Shown here: piece after piece, positions 33,997-45,244 of the stretch | How positions within the stretch are numbered: position 1 is the stretch's first letter | How the letters are laid out: every line of letters starts with the position of its first letter | NCBI GenBank assembly: GCA_963422645.2 | Contig: CAXXVO010000004.1 | Location: forward strand, 384,001-448,000 | From: Alphaproteobacteria bacterium | Lineage (GTDB): Bacteria > Pseudomonadota > Alphaproteobacteria > UBA828 | Length of the DNA: 64,000 nt | Reading direction: 5' to 3' | Translations under genes and position numbers: made by a program | The notes under the pieces: model-generated | Seen by the model: only the letters and a program-made list of their open reading frames with translations | What the model was told of the DNA's origin: nothing | The model's database searches: none

Positions 33997-34838
33997 ATCA
34001 TGCTCCCGAGCTCGGCCAGCGTGCGCGCGGTCAGTGTCCGCGCCGCGTCGAGGCGGTAGGCGGCGGACCCCCGCGCATCGTCCATTGGTGCCAACGGCGC
34101 CATATGCGCGTCCGTCACGGCATCGCCCAGGGCCGCGTCGCAGGGGCGCCCGACGAGCGCCTGCTCCAGCGCAGGCAGCCTCCGGGCAACCGGCGAGCAG
34201 GCGCCGACCGAGACGGCGGCGCGGACGACCCGGCCCGCCACGTCGGCCTCCAGCGCTGCCGACACCATCACGATGGAGATCACCAGGTAGCGCCGCGCGC
34301 CGAGCTTGAGGAAGTGCCCGCGCGCATTCTCGGCCCGCGGCTTGGGCACGCGCACCGCGACCAAGAGCTGGTCGGGGGCGAGCGCGGTCGCCCGATTGCC
34401 GCGAATGAAATTGGCGAGCGGCATCGTCTCGCGCCGCTCCAGCGAGGCGAGCTCCACCTCGGCGTCGAGGCTGAGCAGCACCGGCACGCCGTCGGCGGCG
34501 GGTGAGGCGTTGCACAGATTGCCACAGAGGGTGCCGGCGTTCTGCACCTGCCGGCCGCCGATCTCGCGGGCGGCGAGCTTGAGGCCGTCGAACCAGGGCG
34601 GCAGGTCGGCCCCGACGATATCGGTCCAGGTCGCGAGCGCCGGAATGCGCCAATGATCGGCATGCTCCTCGATCGCGCGCATCGACTGCAGCGCGGTGAT
34701 GTCGAGCACGTCGTCGTCGAGCGGCGCACCCACTCTCGCCGGGTAGAAGTCGGTGCCGCCGGCCAGCACCGTGAGCCGACGGCTGTGCAACGCCGCAAGC
34801 GCGTCGTCGAGGGCGGTGGGTCGCAGATACTCCGGCAT
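33993..34838 (-). CDS. Mo-hydroxylase FAD-binding subunit
   Basis: AGGTD, QVQNAGT.CGN.CNASPAAD. Confidence 0.92.
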   Translation of the reverse strand: MPEYLRPTALDDALAALHSRRLTVLAGGTDFYPARVGAPLDDDVLDITALQSMRAIEEHADHWRIPALATWTDIVGADLPPWFDGLKLAAREIGGRQVQNAGTLCGNLCNASPAADGVPVLLSLDAEVELASLERRETMPLANFIRGNRATALAPDQLLVAVRVPKPRAENARGHFLKLGARRYLVISIVMVSAALEADVAGRVVRAAVSVGACSPVARRLPALEQALVGRPCDAALGDAVTDAHMAPLAPMDDARGSAAYRLDAARTLTARTLAELGSMM

Positions 34839-34902
34839 CACGGCAGCCTCATTTCCGCGCCCATGATACCGGAGAGGCCCACGCAAGGCGCGGGCGCTCG
34901 AA

Positions 34903-35538
34903 TCAGCCGGCGGAGGCGGGAGGCTCGCCCTCGTAGAGCCACGGTTGGGCGGCCTTTTGCGCGGCCTCGAAGGCGCCGATCTCACCGGACTTGCTCATGG
35001 TAATGCCGATGTCGTCGAGCCCGTTGAGCAGGCGGTGCTTGCGGAAGGGCTCGATCTCGAAGCTCACAACCTCGCCGTTCGACCGCGTGATGGTCTGGGC
35101 CTCCAGATCGACCGCCATCCGGCAGGTCTGGGAGTTCCCGGCGTCGTCCATCAGCAGGTTCACGCCGTCTTCCGGCAGCGGGATCAGCAGGACCCCGTTC
35201 TTGACGCAGTTGTTGAAGAAGATGTCGGCGAAGCTCGGTGCGATCACGCAGCGAATGCCGAAATCCTCCAGCGCCCAGGGGGCATGCTCGCGGCTGGAGC
35301 CGCAGCCGAAGTTCTCGCCCGCAATGAGGATACGGGCCTCGCGCCAAGGCTCCCGGTTGAGGACGAAGTCCGGAAGCTCCTTGTCCTCCATGTCGTAGCG
35401 GAAGTCGTGGAAGAGGCCCTTGCCGAGCCCGGCGCGGCTGATCGCGGTGAGGTACTGCTTGGGGATCAGCTGGTCGGTATCGACGTTAATCATCGGCAGC
35501 GCCGCCGCCGGGCCGGAGAGGGTCGTGAATGTCTGCAT
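34903..35538 (-). CDS. leuD: 3-isopropylmalate dehydratase small subunit
   Basis: NVDTDQ.IP, NFGCGSSREHAPWAL. Confidence 0.97.
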   Translation of the reverse strand: MQTFTTLSGPAAALPMINVDTDQLIPKQYLTAISRAGLGKGLFHDFRYDMEDKELPDFVLNREPWREARILIAGENFGCGSSREHAPWALEDFGIRCVIAPSFADIFFNNCVKNGVLLIPLPEDGVNLLMDDAGNSQTCRMAVDLEAQTITRSNGEVVSFEIEPFRKHRLLNGLDDIGITMSKSGEIGAFEAAQKAAQPWLYEGEPPASAG

Positions 35539-35550
35539 GACGGGCCCTCC

Positions 35551-36969
<1,419 letters not shown>

Positions 36970-37000
36970 CGGCGTCCTCCCGCTGCGATGGCCGGCGTGC

Positions 37001-37417
37001 TCAATCGGCGGACGAGGCGGTCTCCTTCGCCTTGGCGGCGGCCTTCTTCGTGCCGCGGTCGTCGCGCTTCTCCCGAATGCGCGCCGACTTGCCGCGCCGG
37101 CCGCGCAGGTAATAGAGCTTGGCGCGGCGCACCGCCCCCCGCTTCATGACCTCGATCTTCGCGATGCGCGGCGAATGCAGCGGGAAGACCCGCTCCACCC
37201 CCTCGCCATAGGAAATCTTGCGGACGGTGAAGGAGGAGTTGAGGCTGCGGTTTCGCCGGGCGATGCAGACGCCCTCGAACACCTGCACCCGCTCGCGCGA
37301 GCCTTCCACCACCTTGACGTGCACGCGGAGGGTATCGCCGGGGCCGAAGGTCGGAACCTCCCGCGCGTCTGCGAGCTTCTCCACGGCCTCGGCATTCAGC
37401 TGCTCGATCATGTTCAC
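37001..37417 (-). CDS. rplS: 50S ribosomal protein L19
   Basis: [24 protein letters not shown]. Confidence 0.97.
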   Translation of the reverse strand: MNMIEQLNAEAVEKLADAREVPTFGPGDTLRVHVKVVEGSRERVQVFEGVCIARRNRSLNSSFTVRKISYGEGVERVFPLHSPRIAKIEVMKRGAVRRAKLYYLRGRRGKSARIREKRDDRGTKKAAAKAKETASSAD

Positions 37418-37448
37418 GGCACTATCCTCGCGGTCTCAGGCGCGCCAC

Positions 37449-38186
37449 TTATCGACGCGCCTGGTGGCGCGCCCACAGATCGGCGCGCCTCGTTCTGGTT
37501 ACATGTTCCGCCTGGGCACGGCGCCAGGCGTCGATGGCGGCGTGGTCGCCGGAGAGAAGCACCTCCGGCACCGCACGGCCCTCGAAGAGGCGAGGGCGGG
37601 TGTACTGCGGATACTCCAGCAGGTCGTCCTCGAAACTCTCCTCGACCAGCGAGGAGGGCCGGCCGACCACGCCGGGCAGGAGGCGCACGCAGGCGTCGAT
37701 CACCGCCATTGCCGCGATCTCCCCGCCCGACAGGACGTAGTCGCCGACGCTGAGCTCGGTAACGCCTCGGCCTTCCAACACACGCTCGTCGACTCCTTCG
37801 AAACGGCCACAGATCAGCGTGATGCCGGGGCCGTCTGCCAATGCCTTCACCTGCTCCTGGGTCAGCGGGTCACCGCGCGGCGAGAGCAGGAAGCGCTGCG
37901 CGCCACCCTCCGCCGGCACAAACGAATCGATGGCCGCTGCCAGGACATCGGGGCGCATGACCATACCCGCCCCTCCGCCGAACGGGTGACCGTCGACGGT
38001 GCCGTGTTTATCGCGCGCAAAGCGGCGGATGTCCACCGTTTCCAACCGCCAGAGGCCGGAATCGAGGCCGCGGCCGGCGAGCGCGGCGCCAAGCGGCCCG
38101 GGAAAGACCTCGGGGTAGAGGGTGAGTACGTGGACGGTCCAGGGCCGGGCGCCCGATTGCCCGCTTTCGCGCCGGGTCGCACTCAC
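37449..38186 (-). CDS. trmD: tRNA (guanine-N1)-methyltransferase
   Basis: [33 protein letters not shown]. Confidence 0.97.
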   Translation of the reverse strand: MSATRRESGQSGARPWTVHVLTLYPEVFPGPLGAALAGRGLDSGLWRLETVDIRRFARDKHGTVDGHPFGGGAGMVMRPDVLAAAIDSFVPAEGGAQRFLLSPRGDPLTQEQVKALADGPGITLICGRFEGVDERVLEGRGVTELSVGDYVLSGGEIAAMAVIDACVRLLPGVVGRPSSLVEESFEDDLLEYPQYTRPRLFEGRAVPEVLLSGDHAAIDAWRRAQAEHVTRTRRADLWARHQARR

Positions 38187-38773
38187 GGATCTTCCTCCTG
38201 TGCGGCAACGACCATGCGGCCGGCCTCGATGTCGACGGCCGGCACGCGCTCCCGCGTGAAGGGAACGAAGGTGGAGGGGCCCTCGGGCGGCTGAATCTCG
38301 ACGATGGGCCCGGCGCCGTGGTCGTGAACTGCGATCACTTGACCCAACACGCTGCCATCCTCGCTTTCCACCCGGAGGCCCAGCAGGTCGACGTGGTAGT
38401 ACTCCTCGCCCTCGGTTGGCGGCAGTGCCGCGCGCGAGACGTGGAGATCCGTCCCGCGCAGCGCCTCCGCCGCGTCACGGTCGTCGACGCCCTCTACGCG
38501 GGCGAGCAGCAGGCCCTTCACGTGCCCGGTGACCGTGAGCGCGAAGCGCCGGGTGCCGGCCTCGTCGCTGAGCGCGCCGTAAGCGGTGAGGTCGTCGGGG
38601 TTCGCCGTGTGGCTCCTGATGCGCAGGATGCCGCGCACGCCGTGGGCGCCGACGATCCGCCCGAGGCAGACCGTCTCCGCCCGCCGCGCCGCAGCCGGCT
38701 CTACGGGTGCAGCAGACCCGTCAGGCGCGCTGTATGCGGCCCGAGTCGGCGGCTTTCTCTTCGCCCTCGCCAT
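38183..38773 (-). CDS. rimM: 16S rRNA processing protein RimM (start uncertain)
   Basis: [23 protein letters not shown]; synteny. Confidence 0.92.
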   Translation of the reverse strand: MARAKRKPPTRAAYSAPDGSAAPVEPAAARRAETVCLGRIVGAHGVRGILRIRSHTANPDDLTAYGALSDEAGTRRFALTVTGHVKGLLLARVEGVDDRDAAEALRGTDLHVSRAALPPTEGEEYYHVDLLGLRVESEDGSVLGQVIAVHDHGAGPIVEIQPPEGPSTFVPFTRERVPAVDIEAGRMVVAAQEEDP

Positions 38774-39239
38774 CGCCTGTACCGGCCTCCTCGGACGCGG
38801 CCTCGTCGGCAGCGGACTCCTCGGGAGCCATCTCCTCAGACGCGGTTTCCTTAGCGGCGGGCGCCTCTGCGGGCGCGTTGGCCTCAGCTTCGGCGGCGGC
38901 CGCCGCCTTCTCCGCGCGCGCTGCTTGACGCTCCACGGCCTTGGCCTTGGGCTGGCTCTTCTGAGGATTGTTACGCTGAGCCGGCATCGGGATGATCTCG
39001 GCGGCGCCAAGGAAGCGCGCCACGCGATCCGAGGGCAGCGCGCCGACGCCGAGCCAGTGGCGAATGCGCTCCTCCTTGAGGCGTACGCGCTCGGGATGGT
39101 CCTTGGGCAGCATCGGGTCGTAAGTCCCGAGACGCTCCAGGAAGCGGCCGTCGCGCGGGCTGCGAGTGTCGACCACGACCAAGCGGTAGAAGGGGCGCTT
39201 CTTGGCGCCGGCGCGGGATAGGCGAATTTTCAGTGACAT
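38721..39239 (-). CDS. rpsP: 30S ribosomal protein S16 with Ala/Glu-rich tail
   Basis: [27 protein letters not shown]. Confidence 0.97.
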   Translation of the reverse strand: MSLKIRLSRAGAKKRPFYRLVVVDTRSPRDGRFLERLGTYDPMLPKDHPERVRLKEERIRHWLGVGALPSDRVARFLGAAEIIPMPAQRNNPQKSQPKAKAVERQAARAEKAAAAAEAEANAPAEAPAAKETASEEMAPEESAADEAASEEAGTGDGEGEEKAADSGRIQRA

Positions 39240-39272
39240 GCTTTCTCCAGTCTCCTTGTGGGCTAGGTGTCG

Positions 39273-40628
39273 TCAGCGGGGCGGCATGATGCCGGGCATC
39301 CCGGCGCGCATGAGGCCCTTCTCGCCCAGCTTGCCGGCCCGCTTCATCATGACGTTCATCTGCTTGACCTGCTTGAGCAGGCGGTTGATGTCCTGCACGG
39401 TGGTGCCCGAGCCGCCCGCGATGCGCCGCTTGCGCGAGCTGTTGAGCAGCTTGGGGTTGCTCCGCTCGATCGGCGTCATCGAATCGATGATCGCCTGCTG
39501 GCGGTCGAGCATCTTGATATCGACGTTGGCCTCGGCGAGCTGGCGCTTGACCTTGCCCACCCCTGGCAGCATGCCGAGCAGACCCTCCATGCCGCCCATC
39601 TTCCGGACCTGCTGAATCTGCTTCGAAAGATCGTTCAGGTCGAAGCCGCCCTTCTTGGCCTTGCGGACGAGGCGTTCGGCTTCGTCCTGCTCGATGGTCT
39701 CTTGCGCCCTCTCGACCAGGGAAACCACGTCGCCCATGCCGAGGATGCGCGACGCGATTCGGTCCGGGTGGAAGGGCTCGATGGCGTCGAGCTTCTCGCC
39801 GACGCCGATCAGCTTGATCGGGCAGCCGGTGACCGCGCGCATGCTGAGCGCCGCGCCGCCGCGTCCGTCGCCATCGACGCGGGTCAGCGCAATCCCGGTG
39901 AGGCCGATCCGCTCGTGGAAGGCGCCGGCGACATTGACCGCGTCCTGGCCGGTCAGCGCATCGGCGACCAGCAGGGTTTCCGCCGGCACGGCCACGTCAC
40001 GCACCGCCGCGCACTCGGCCATCAGCTCCTCGTCCACGTGGAGCCGGCCGGCGGTGTCCAGCAGGACAACGTCGTGGCCCTCTTGCGCGCCGGTCTTCAT
40101 GGCGCGCCGGGCGATCGCGACCGCGCGCTCGCCGGGGATGACCGGCAGCACCTCCACCTCCGCTTGCACGCCGAGCGTCGCGAGCTGCTCCATGGCCGCA
40201 GGCCGGCTGGTATCGAGCGAGGCCATCAGCACCCACTTCTTGTGGCTCACACGCAGGAAACGGCCGAGCTTGGCGGTGGTGGTGGTCTTGCCGGAGCCCT
40301 GCAGGCCAACCATGAGAACCGCCGCCGGCGGGGTCGCTGCGGCGATGCCGATCTCGGCGGTCTCGCCGCCCAGCATCTCGACCAGGTGATCGTTCACGAT
40401 CTTGATCACCTGCTGGCCTGGTGCCACGCTCTTCAGCACGTCGGCGCCGACCGCCTTCTCGCGCACGCCCGCGATGAAGTCCTTGACGACGGGGAGTGCG
40501 ACATCGGCCTCGAGCAGGGCGATCCGCACGTCGCGGAGCGCGGCGCCCACGTCGGCCTCGCTCAGCGCGCCGCGGCGCGTCAGCGTCTCGAAGACCCCGC
40601 TCAGCCTGCCGGACAGACTATCGAACAC
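39273..40628 (-). CDS. ffh: Signal recognition particle protein
   Basis: GLQGSGKTT, DTAGR, RILGMGD, Met-rich M domain. Confidence 0.97.
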   Translation of the reverse strand: MFDSLSGRLSGVFETLTRRGALSEADVGAALRDVRIALLEADVALPVVKDFIAGVREKAVGADVLKSVAPGQQVIKIVNDHLVEMLGGETAEIGIAAATPPAAVLMVGLQGSGKTTTTAKLGRFLRVSHKKWVLMASLDTSRPAAMEQLATLGVQAEVEVLPVIPGERAVAIARRAMKTGAQEGHDVVLLDTAGRLHVDEELMAECAAVRDVAVPAETLLVADALTGQDAVNVAGAFHERIGLTGIALTRVDGDGRGGAALSMRAVTGCPIKLIGVGEKLDAIEPFHPDRIASRILGMGDVVSLVERAQETIEQDEAERLVRKAKKGGFDLNDLSKQIQQVRKMGGMEGLLGMLPGVGKVKRQLAEANVDIKMLDRQQAIIDSMTPIERSNPKLLNSSRKRRIAGGSGTTVQDINRLLKQVKQMNVMMKRAGKLGEKGLMRAGMPGIMPPR

Positions 40629-40816
40629 GCGCTTCCCCCGCCCCAACAAACGACGCGCCGGCGCGCGACACTCGCGGACCGGCGTCCCTCCTCGAAGGGT
40701 GGCCTGTTACAACCTCTCGAAGCGCGCGGACCCTAAGCCCACCCTTGCACCGGGTCAAGCTGCTACGCTGGCCCGGAAGAGCCCTGCACCGCACCGCACA
40801 CCGCTGCAGCCTGCTG

Positions 40817-41644
40817 TCATCTCTTCGCGGCCCTGACCGGCACGCTCAGCGGCGAGGCAGCCGGCTTCTCCCGCCCGCGCGTCACACGATGGAAGACCTC
40901 GAGGTAGTTCGGATGCTCCGTGCCTGCCAGGCGATCCCACCAGGTAAAGTAGAGGCCGTAATTGGACCCCCTGGAGCTGTGATGAAGGTCGTGATGTGTG
41001 TTCGTGGTCAAGACACCGAGCACGGCATGCGCCGGCATGCCCCGTGGAAACAGCTCGAAGCCGCTGTGGCCGACAACGTTCCGAACGATCATGTGAATCA
41101 TGAACAGGTATATGACCGTGACGTGCAGCGGCAGGACAAATATGAGGATTGTCAGGAACATCGCCTGAACGACAGCCTCCATGGGCGCAAAGGCATACGC
41201 CGCCCAGGGCGACGGGCTGTGCGATTCATGATGCAGCCGGTGAAACCGGTCGAACAGGCGCGGATGGTGCATCAGGCGATGCGTCCAATAGAAGTAGGCA
41301 TCGTGAAGCACGATGGTCACCGCCAGACTGAATCCGCCGTAAAACCAGCCGTAATCCGCGAAATCCGTGTAGATCAGCGTCCAGCCCTTCGCCATCGAGA
41401 CGTAGATGAAGACGCCGTTGAGCGCGAAGATGAACGCTGTGAGAAGCGAATAGAACACCTCGCGCCGGATCGCGTGGGAGGGTGCGAAGCCGGGCTGGAT
41501 CTTGCGCCCGCGGAAGGGATGACCCTTCCAAACATAGAGAGCGAAATACGCGACGCCCGCCGGAACGACGATGAGCAGAAGGTGCGCACCGAAAATCGTG
41601 GGCCACGCTGGCCAGGCCGCGATCAGATCGTCGAAAGCGGCCAT
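40817..41644 (-). CDS. Sterol desaturase / fatty acid hydroxylase family
   Basis: His boxes YWTHRLMHH, HRLHH, HHDLHH; NYGLYFTWWD. Confidence 0.92.
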   Translation of the reverse strand: MAAFDDLIAAWPAWPTIFGAHLLLIVVPAGVAYFALYVWKGHPFRGRKIQPGFAPSHAIRREVFYSLLTAFIFALNGVFIYVSMAKGWTLIYTDFADYGWFYGGFSLAVTIVLHDAYFYWTHRLMHHPRLFDRFHRLHHESHSPSPWAAYAFAPMEAVVQAMFLTILIFVLPLHVTVIYLFMIHMIVRNVVGHSGFELFPRGMPAHAVLGVLTTNTHHDLHHSSRGSNYGLYFTWWDRLAGTEHPNYLEVFHRVTRGREKPAASPLSVPVRAAKR

Positions 41645-41890
41645 GGCTGTCCTGCTTCTTGGGGTCTGGAAGCCGCATCGTGCGCGGCGCGGGCGGCGGA
41701 CGTGCCTTCCCCGGCGACGAGGTTGGCCGGCGGAACCTTAGCTTACGCGTCGGCGCTTAGCCATGCGACGACAACGAGAGTGACGCAGGGAACACTGTGT
41801 CACACGGGATAGCGGTGCTCCCCGCGGTTACCCAAGGGCCACGTTGAGGGGCACTGCATTCTTCCCTGACGCAAATCTCGCGACGTGGTC

Positions 41891-42103
41891 TCACGCGCCC
41901 AGGAAGAGGCGGCCGACCTCCGGGTCCTCGAGCAAGGCATCGCCGGGGCCGGCCATGGCCAGCCGGCCGGAGACAAGTACGTAGCCGATATCGGCGAACT
42001 CCAGCCCTTTCTTGGCGTTCTGCTCGACCATCACGATGGTCTTGCCCTCGCGCCGCTGCAGGTCCGCCAGAATCTCGAACACCTTGTCGCGCACCCTCGG
42101 TGC
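41891..42103 (-). pseudogene. 3' remnant of a LivF-like ABC ATPase, truncated by the integrase element
   Basis: APRV...MVEQNAKKGL...GYVL.SG...LFLG; no Walker A half. Confidence 0.8.
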
Positions 42104-42210
42104 TAACTGACTGATACGGCGTTGCTGTTTCCCTCCTGATTCGGCCGCTGGAGGCGAAGTCGATCCCCGATTTCGCCCCGGCTGCAACACAGAGCGCAGG
42201 AGGATCACAA

Positions 42211-43338
42211 ATGGCGACGCACCACCTCAACGACCGCCGCGTCGACGCGCTCAGGACCCGCAAGTCAGCCTACGACGTGCGCGACCGCGAACTGAAGGGC
42301 TTCGGCGTAAGGGTCATACCCTCGGGCACCAAGCGCTACTTCATACACATCCAGCAGCACCAGGGACGGCGAGTCTGGAAGATCGTCGGCGATGCCGACA
42401 CCATCGGCACAGACGAGGCCCGCGGCCGGGCGAAGACCCAGATGGCCGCGATCCGGGAAGGCAGCGACGCGCACGCCGCAACGCCGCCCGACATCGCCTT
42501 CGAGACGGTCGCCGAAGAAGTCTTCCGGCGCTATGCCCGAAACTGGAAGCCGTCCGCGCTCTACGTGAACCAGGGCTACTACCGCAACCAGATTCTGCCT
42601 TGGTTCGAGGGGCACCCGATTGCCGCCATCACCGTGAGTGACGTTCGGCGCTGGTTCGCGTCCCTTCACGAGACGCCGGCGGCGGCCGACCGCTCGGCCC
42701 CCATCCTCTCGGTCATCATGCGCCAGGCCGAGGTCTACGGCTACCGGCCGGAGGGAACCAATCCGTGTGCGGGCATCAGGCGGTACAGGCGCCGGGGACG
42801 GGAGCGCTTCCTCTCGGCGGCGGAGCTCCGCCGGCTGGGCGAAGTGCTGGCACGCCATGAGGCCGATCAGCCGCAGTTCGTGGCGATCATACGCCTGCTG
42901 CTGCTCACCGGATGCCGCAAGAGCGAGATCGTCACGCTCAAATGGCGCCACTACCGCGAGGGCAAGCTGTTCCTGCCGGACAGCAAGGTGGGGCCGCGCA
43001 CGGTCTGGCTCTCGTCCGCCGCGCGCGCGCTTCTGGACGGCCTGCCCCGCAGCGCGGTCTGGGTCTTCCCCTCGCCGCAGACCCGCAGCTGCTTGAGCGT
43101 GGCGACGCTCGACCGGGCCTGGCGATGCATGAGGGCGGAGGCGTACCTGTGCGACGTCCGCCTTCACGATTGTCGACACACGTACGCCAGCATGGCCCTG
43201 GCGCAGGGTGAGACAGTGCTGACCATCGGCCGGCTGCTCGGGCACCGCAATCCGGCGACCACACTGAAATACACACACATGTCCGATCTTGCGGTGCGCG
43301 AGGCGGCCGACGCCGTCGGCGCCGTCCTTGAGGGTTAA
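42211..43338 (+). CDS. Tyrosine recombinase/integrase with N-terminal arm-binding domain
   Basis: GFGVRV, LLTGCRKSE, RLHDCRHTYAS, LLGH, T.KY. Confidence 0.93.
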   Translation: MATHHLNDRRVDALRTRKSAYDVRDRELKGFGVRVIPSGTKRYFIHIQQHQGRRVWKIVGDADTIGTDEARGRAKTQMAAIREGSDAHAATPPDIAFETVAEEVFRRYARNWKPSALYVNQGYYRNQILPWFEGHPIAAITVSDVRRWFASLHETPAAADRSAPILSVIMRQAEVYGYRPEGTNPCAGIRRYRRRGRERFLSAAELRRLGEVLARHEADQPQFVAIIRLLLLTGCRKSEIVTLKWRHYREGKLFLPDSKVGPRTVWLSSAARALLDGLPRSAVWVFPSPQTRSCLSVATLDRAWRCMRAEAYLCDVRLHDCRHTYASMALAQGETVLTIGRLLGHRNPATTLKYTHMSDLAVREAADAVGAVLEG

Positions 43339-43341
43339 GGC

Positions 43342-44298
43342 ATGACCGCGAAGAGGCGACGCCTGACCGACGCCAACGTGGCAAAGCTGACGCCGGCGGC
43401 CCGCGAGTATACGGTCTGGGACACGCGCCATGCGGGTCTCGGCGTGCGCGTCCGCCCGTCGGGGCACCGCAGCTTCGTCTATTAGCGCAAAGGCAAGAAC
43501 GGAGCACGCAGGATCACGCTCGGTCCTGCGGCGTTGACGGGCGTCGATGAGGCGCGCACCAAGTGTCTCGCCATTGAGACCGGAGAGCGATTCGACCCGG
43601 CAAAGCGCTGTCGGGTCATCACGTTCGGGGATTTCATCTCGGGCCCGGGGCGGGCGTGTATCGACCGATGCAAGCCCTCGACGCAAAAAGCCGTAAGTTG
43701 GACCCTGAGAGCGCGCCTGCTTCCGGCCTTCGGCCCGATGCCTTTGGACCGGATCACCCATGCCAGTGTGACACGCTGGTTCGACGAATACAGCCAGACC
43801 GCGCCCGGCGGGGCCAATCACGCCTTGAGCGTGCTTCTCCGAATACTCAACCACGCAGTCCTTTGCGGTCATCTCGACACGAACCCAGCCCGCGGCATCA
43901 AGCCCAACCCGCGTCCGAAGCTCACCCGCTTTCTGTCGCGCGAGGAAGTCCACCGACTTCGCCGCGCGCTGGACCGCCACGCCGACGCGCCGCAGGCTGA
44001 CATCATCCGCCTGCTTCTGCTGACCGGCTGCCGGAGGGACGAGATCCTGACCCTGCGCTGGCAGGACTTGGACGGCAACATGCTCAATCTGGCCGACGCC
44101 AAGGCCGGACCGAGAAGAGTGTTCCTGAGCGCGCAGGCCCGCGCCGTCCTCGAGCGCCAGCCGAGAACCGGAAGCGCCTGGATCTTTCCCTCGCCGCTCG
44201 ATCCGGGGAGGCCGCGTTCGCCTCACCTGCCGCTCTGGTACTCGGTACGCAGGGAAGCCGGGATCGAGGACGTGCGGATCCACGACCTCAGGCACAGT
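43342..44298 (+). pseudogene. Second tandem tyrosine integrase, inactivated
   Basis: Paralogous N-terminus; in-frame TAG at 43483-43485; homology ends right after IHDLRHS, so catalytic His/Tyr are missing. Confidence 0.85.
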
Positions 44299-44586
44299 TC
44301 TGCGGGCTACCAGAAATATCCAGCGCCAATCAGCGTTCCAAATGACAATAACCCACTGATAAAACGAAATTTCTTTCATTCAGTGCAGGCTGTCCGAATT
44401 CACTCCCAAGATTTGCGGAAGCAATCCGTAACCGGAGTTGGCTGTCTCGCCGTCACCTCCTGCCAGCCATGCCGGTAAGCGTTCCGGCGTAACCGTTCGG
44501 GTTCCGTAATCGTTCGTTCGGGCCGTGGAGACGCTATCTGCTTGATGCCTAGCTTTGGCGTGCCCTGGATGGCGTTGGCTGGGATT

Positions 44587-44762
44587 CTAGCGGTTTAGGG
44601 TGCGCTGCCAATCCCTTCTGAGGGGCCGGAGCCAGACGTCCTTGCAGGGTTTGTTTTGGAGCTTGCCGCGGTCGTAGCGTCCGCCCGACCCGTATCCAGC
44701 CTGATGCCCGGTAGACGGCTCCGGTGTAGCGCGGGGTCTCGACAAAGGTCTCCACGAACGTC
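44587..44762 (-). pseudogene. 3' part of a DUF4338 (DruA-like) gene
   Basis: TFVETFVETPRYTGAVYRASGW, then after a frameshift GRYDR...KDVWLRPLRRDWQRTLNR*. Confidence 0.8.
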
Positions 44763-45207
44763 ACAGACTACTATCTTGCAGGCTTCCGAGGCTCCTGAGC
44801 CCGTTCGCATTCGACGCTACAAGCATCCTTTCGACGGTGAGGCGATCGAGATTCTCGATCGGCGCAAAGGAGGTTACGGGGGCCGGACTCTGAAGGTTCG
44901 GATGCCGGACGGCAGCTGTTGTTGGATACCAGCGGCATGGACGAGCCTTGGAGCCCGTCCCGAGGATGCACCACGCCTGATCGGAGAGTTGTCTGATTTC
45001 CTCACCCTCCTTAATCTTCTGAATGACCTTGATGAGAGGGAACTCAGGCGCGATGGATGCGGAGCAGGAGTTGGCGCTGATCGCGCTGATGGAGTGGGAG
45101 GAGCGCCGGGACCGGTGGCTGGCGTTTCCGGCTCCGGACCGGGATCGCGTCGTGCAGGGTCTGGCCGATCTGATGGTTCGGATTGCGGATCGGGAGGCGG
45201 CCGATGA
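44761..45207 (+). CDS. Start-less body of a small accessory protein (DUF5372 / Y4bD-like)
   Basis: HPFDG...DGS..WIPAAWT motif; no convincing start inside the left end; stop overlaps the recombinase ATG (ATGA 45204-45207). Confidence 0.7.
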   Translation, partial: SQTTILQASEAPEPVRIRRYKHPFDGEAIEILDRRKGGYGGRTLKVRMPDGSCCWIPAAWTSLGARPEDAPRLIGELSDFLTLLNLLNDLDERELRRDGCGAGVGADRADGVGGAPGPVAGVSGSGPGSRRAGSGRSDGSDCGSGGGR

Positions 45208-45244
45208 CGGTCGATCCGTCGAAGATCACCCAGCGTCATCTTGA
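45053..45244 (+). CDS. Small overlapping hypothetical protein (63 aa)
   Basis: MDAEQELALI...W.AFP..DR..VV..LA.L; identical in copy 2 (57806-57997). Confidence 0.45.
   Translation: MDAEQELALIALMEWEERRDRWLAFPAPDRDRVVQGLADLMVRIADREAADDGRSVEDHPASS

Noticed and set aside
43483-43485. In-frame TAG as recoding (pyrrolysine or readthrough)
   Set aside because: The gene is also truncated before its catalytic Tyr; a simple nonsense mutation is more likely
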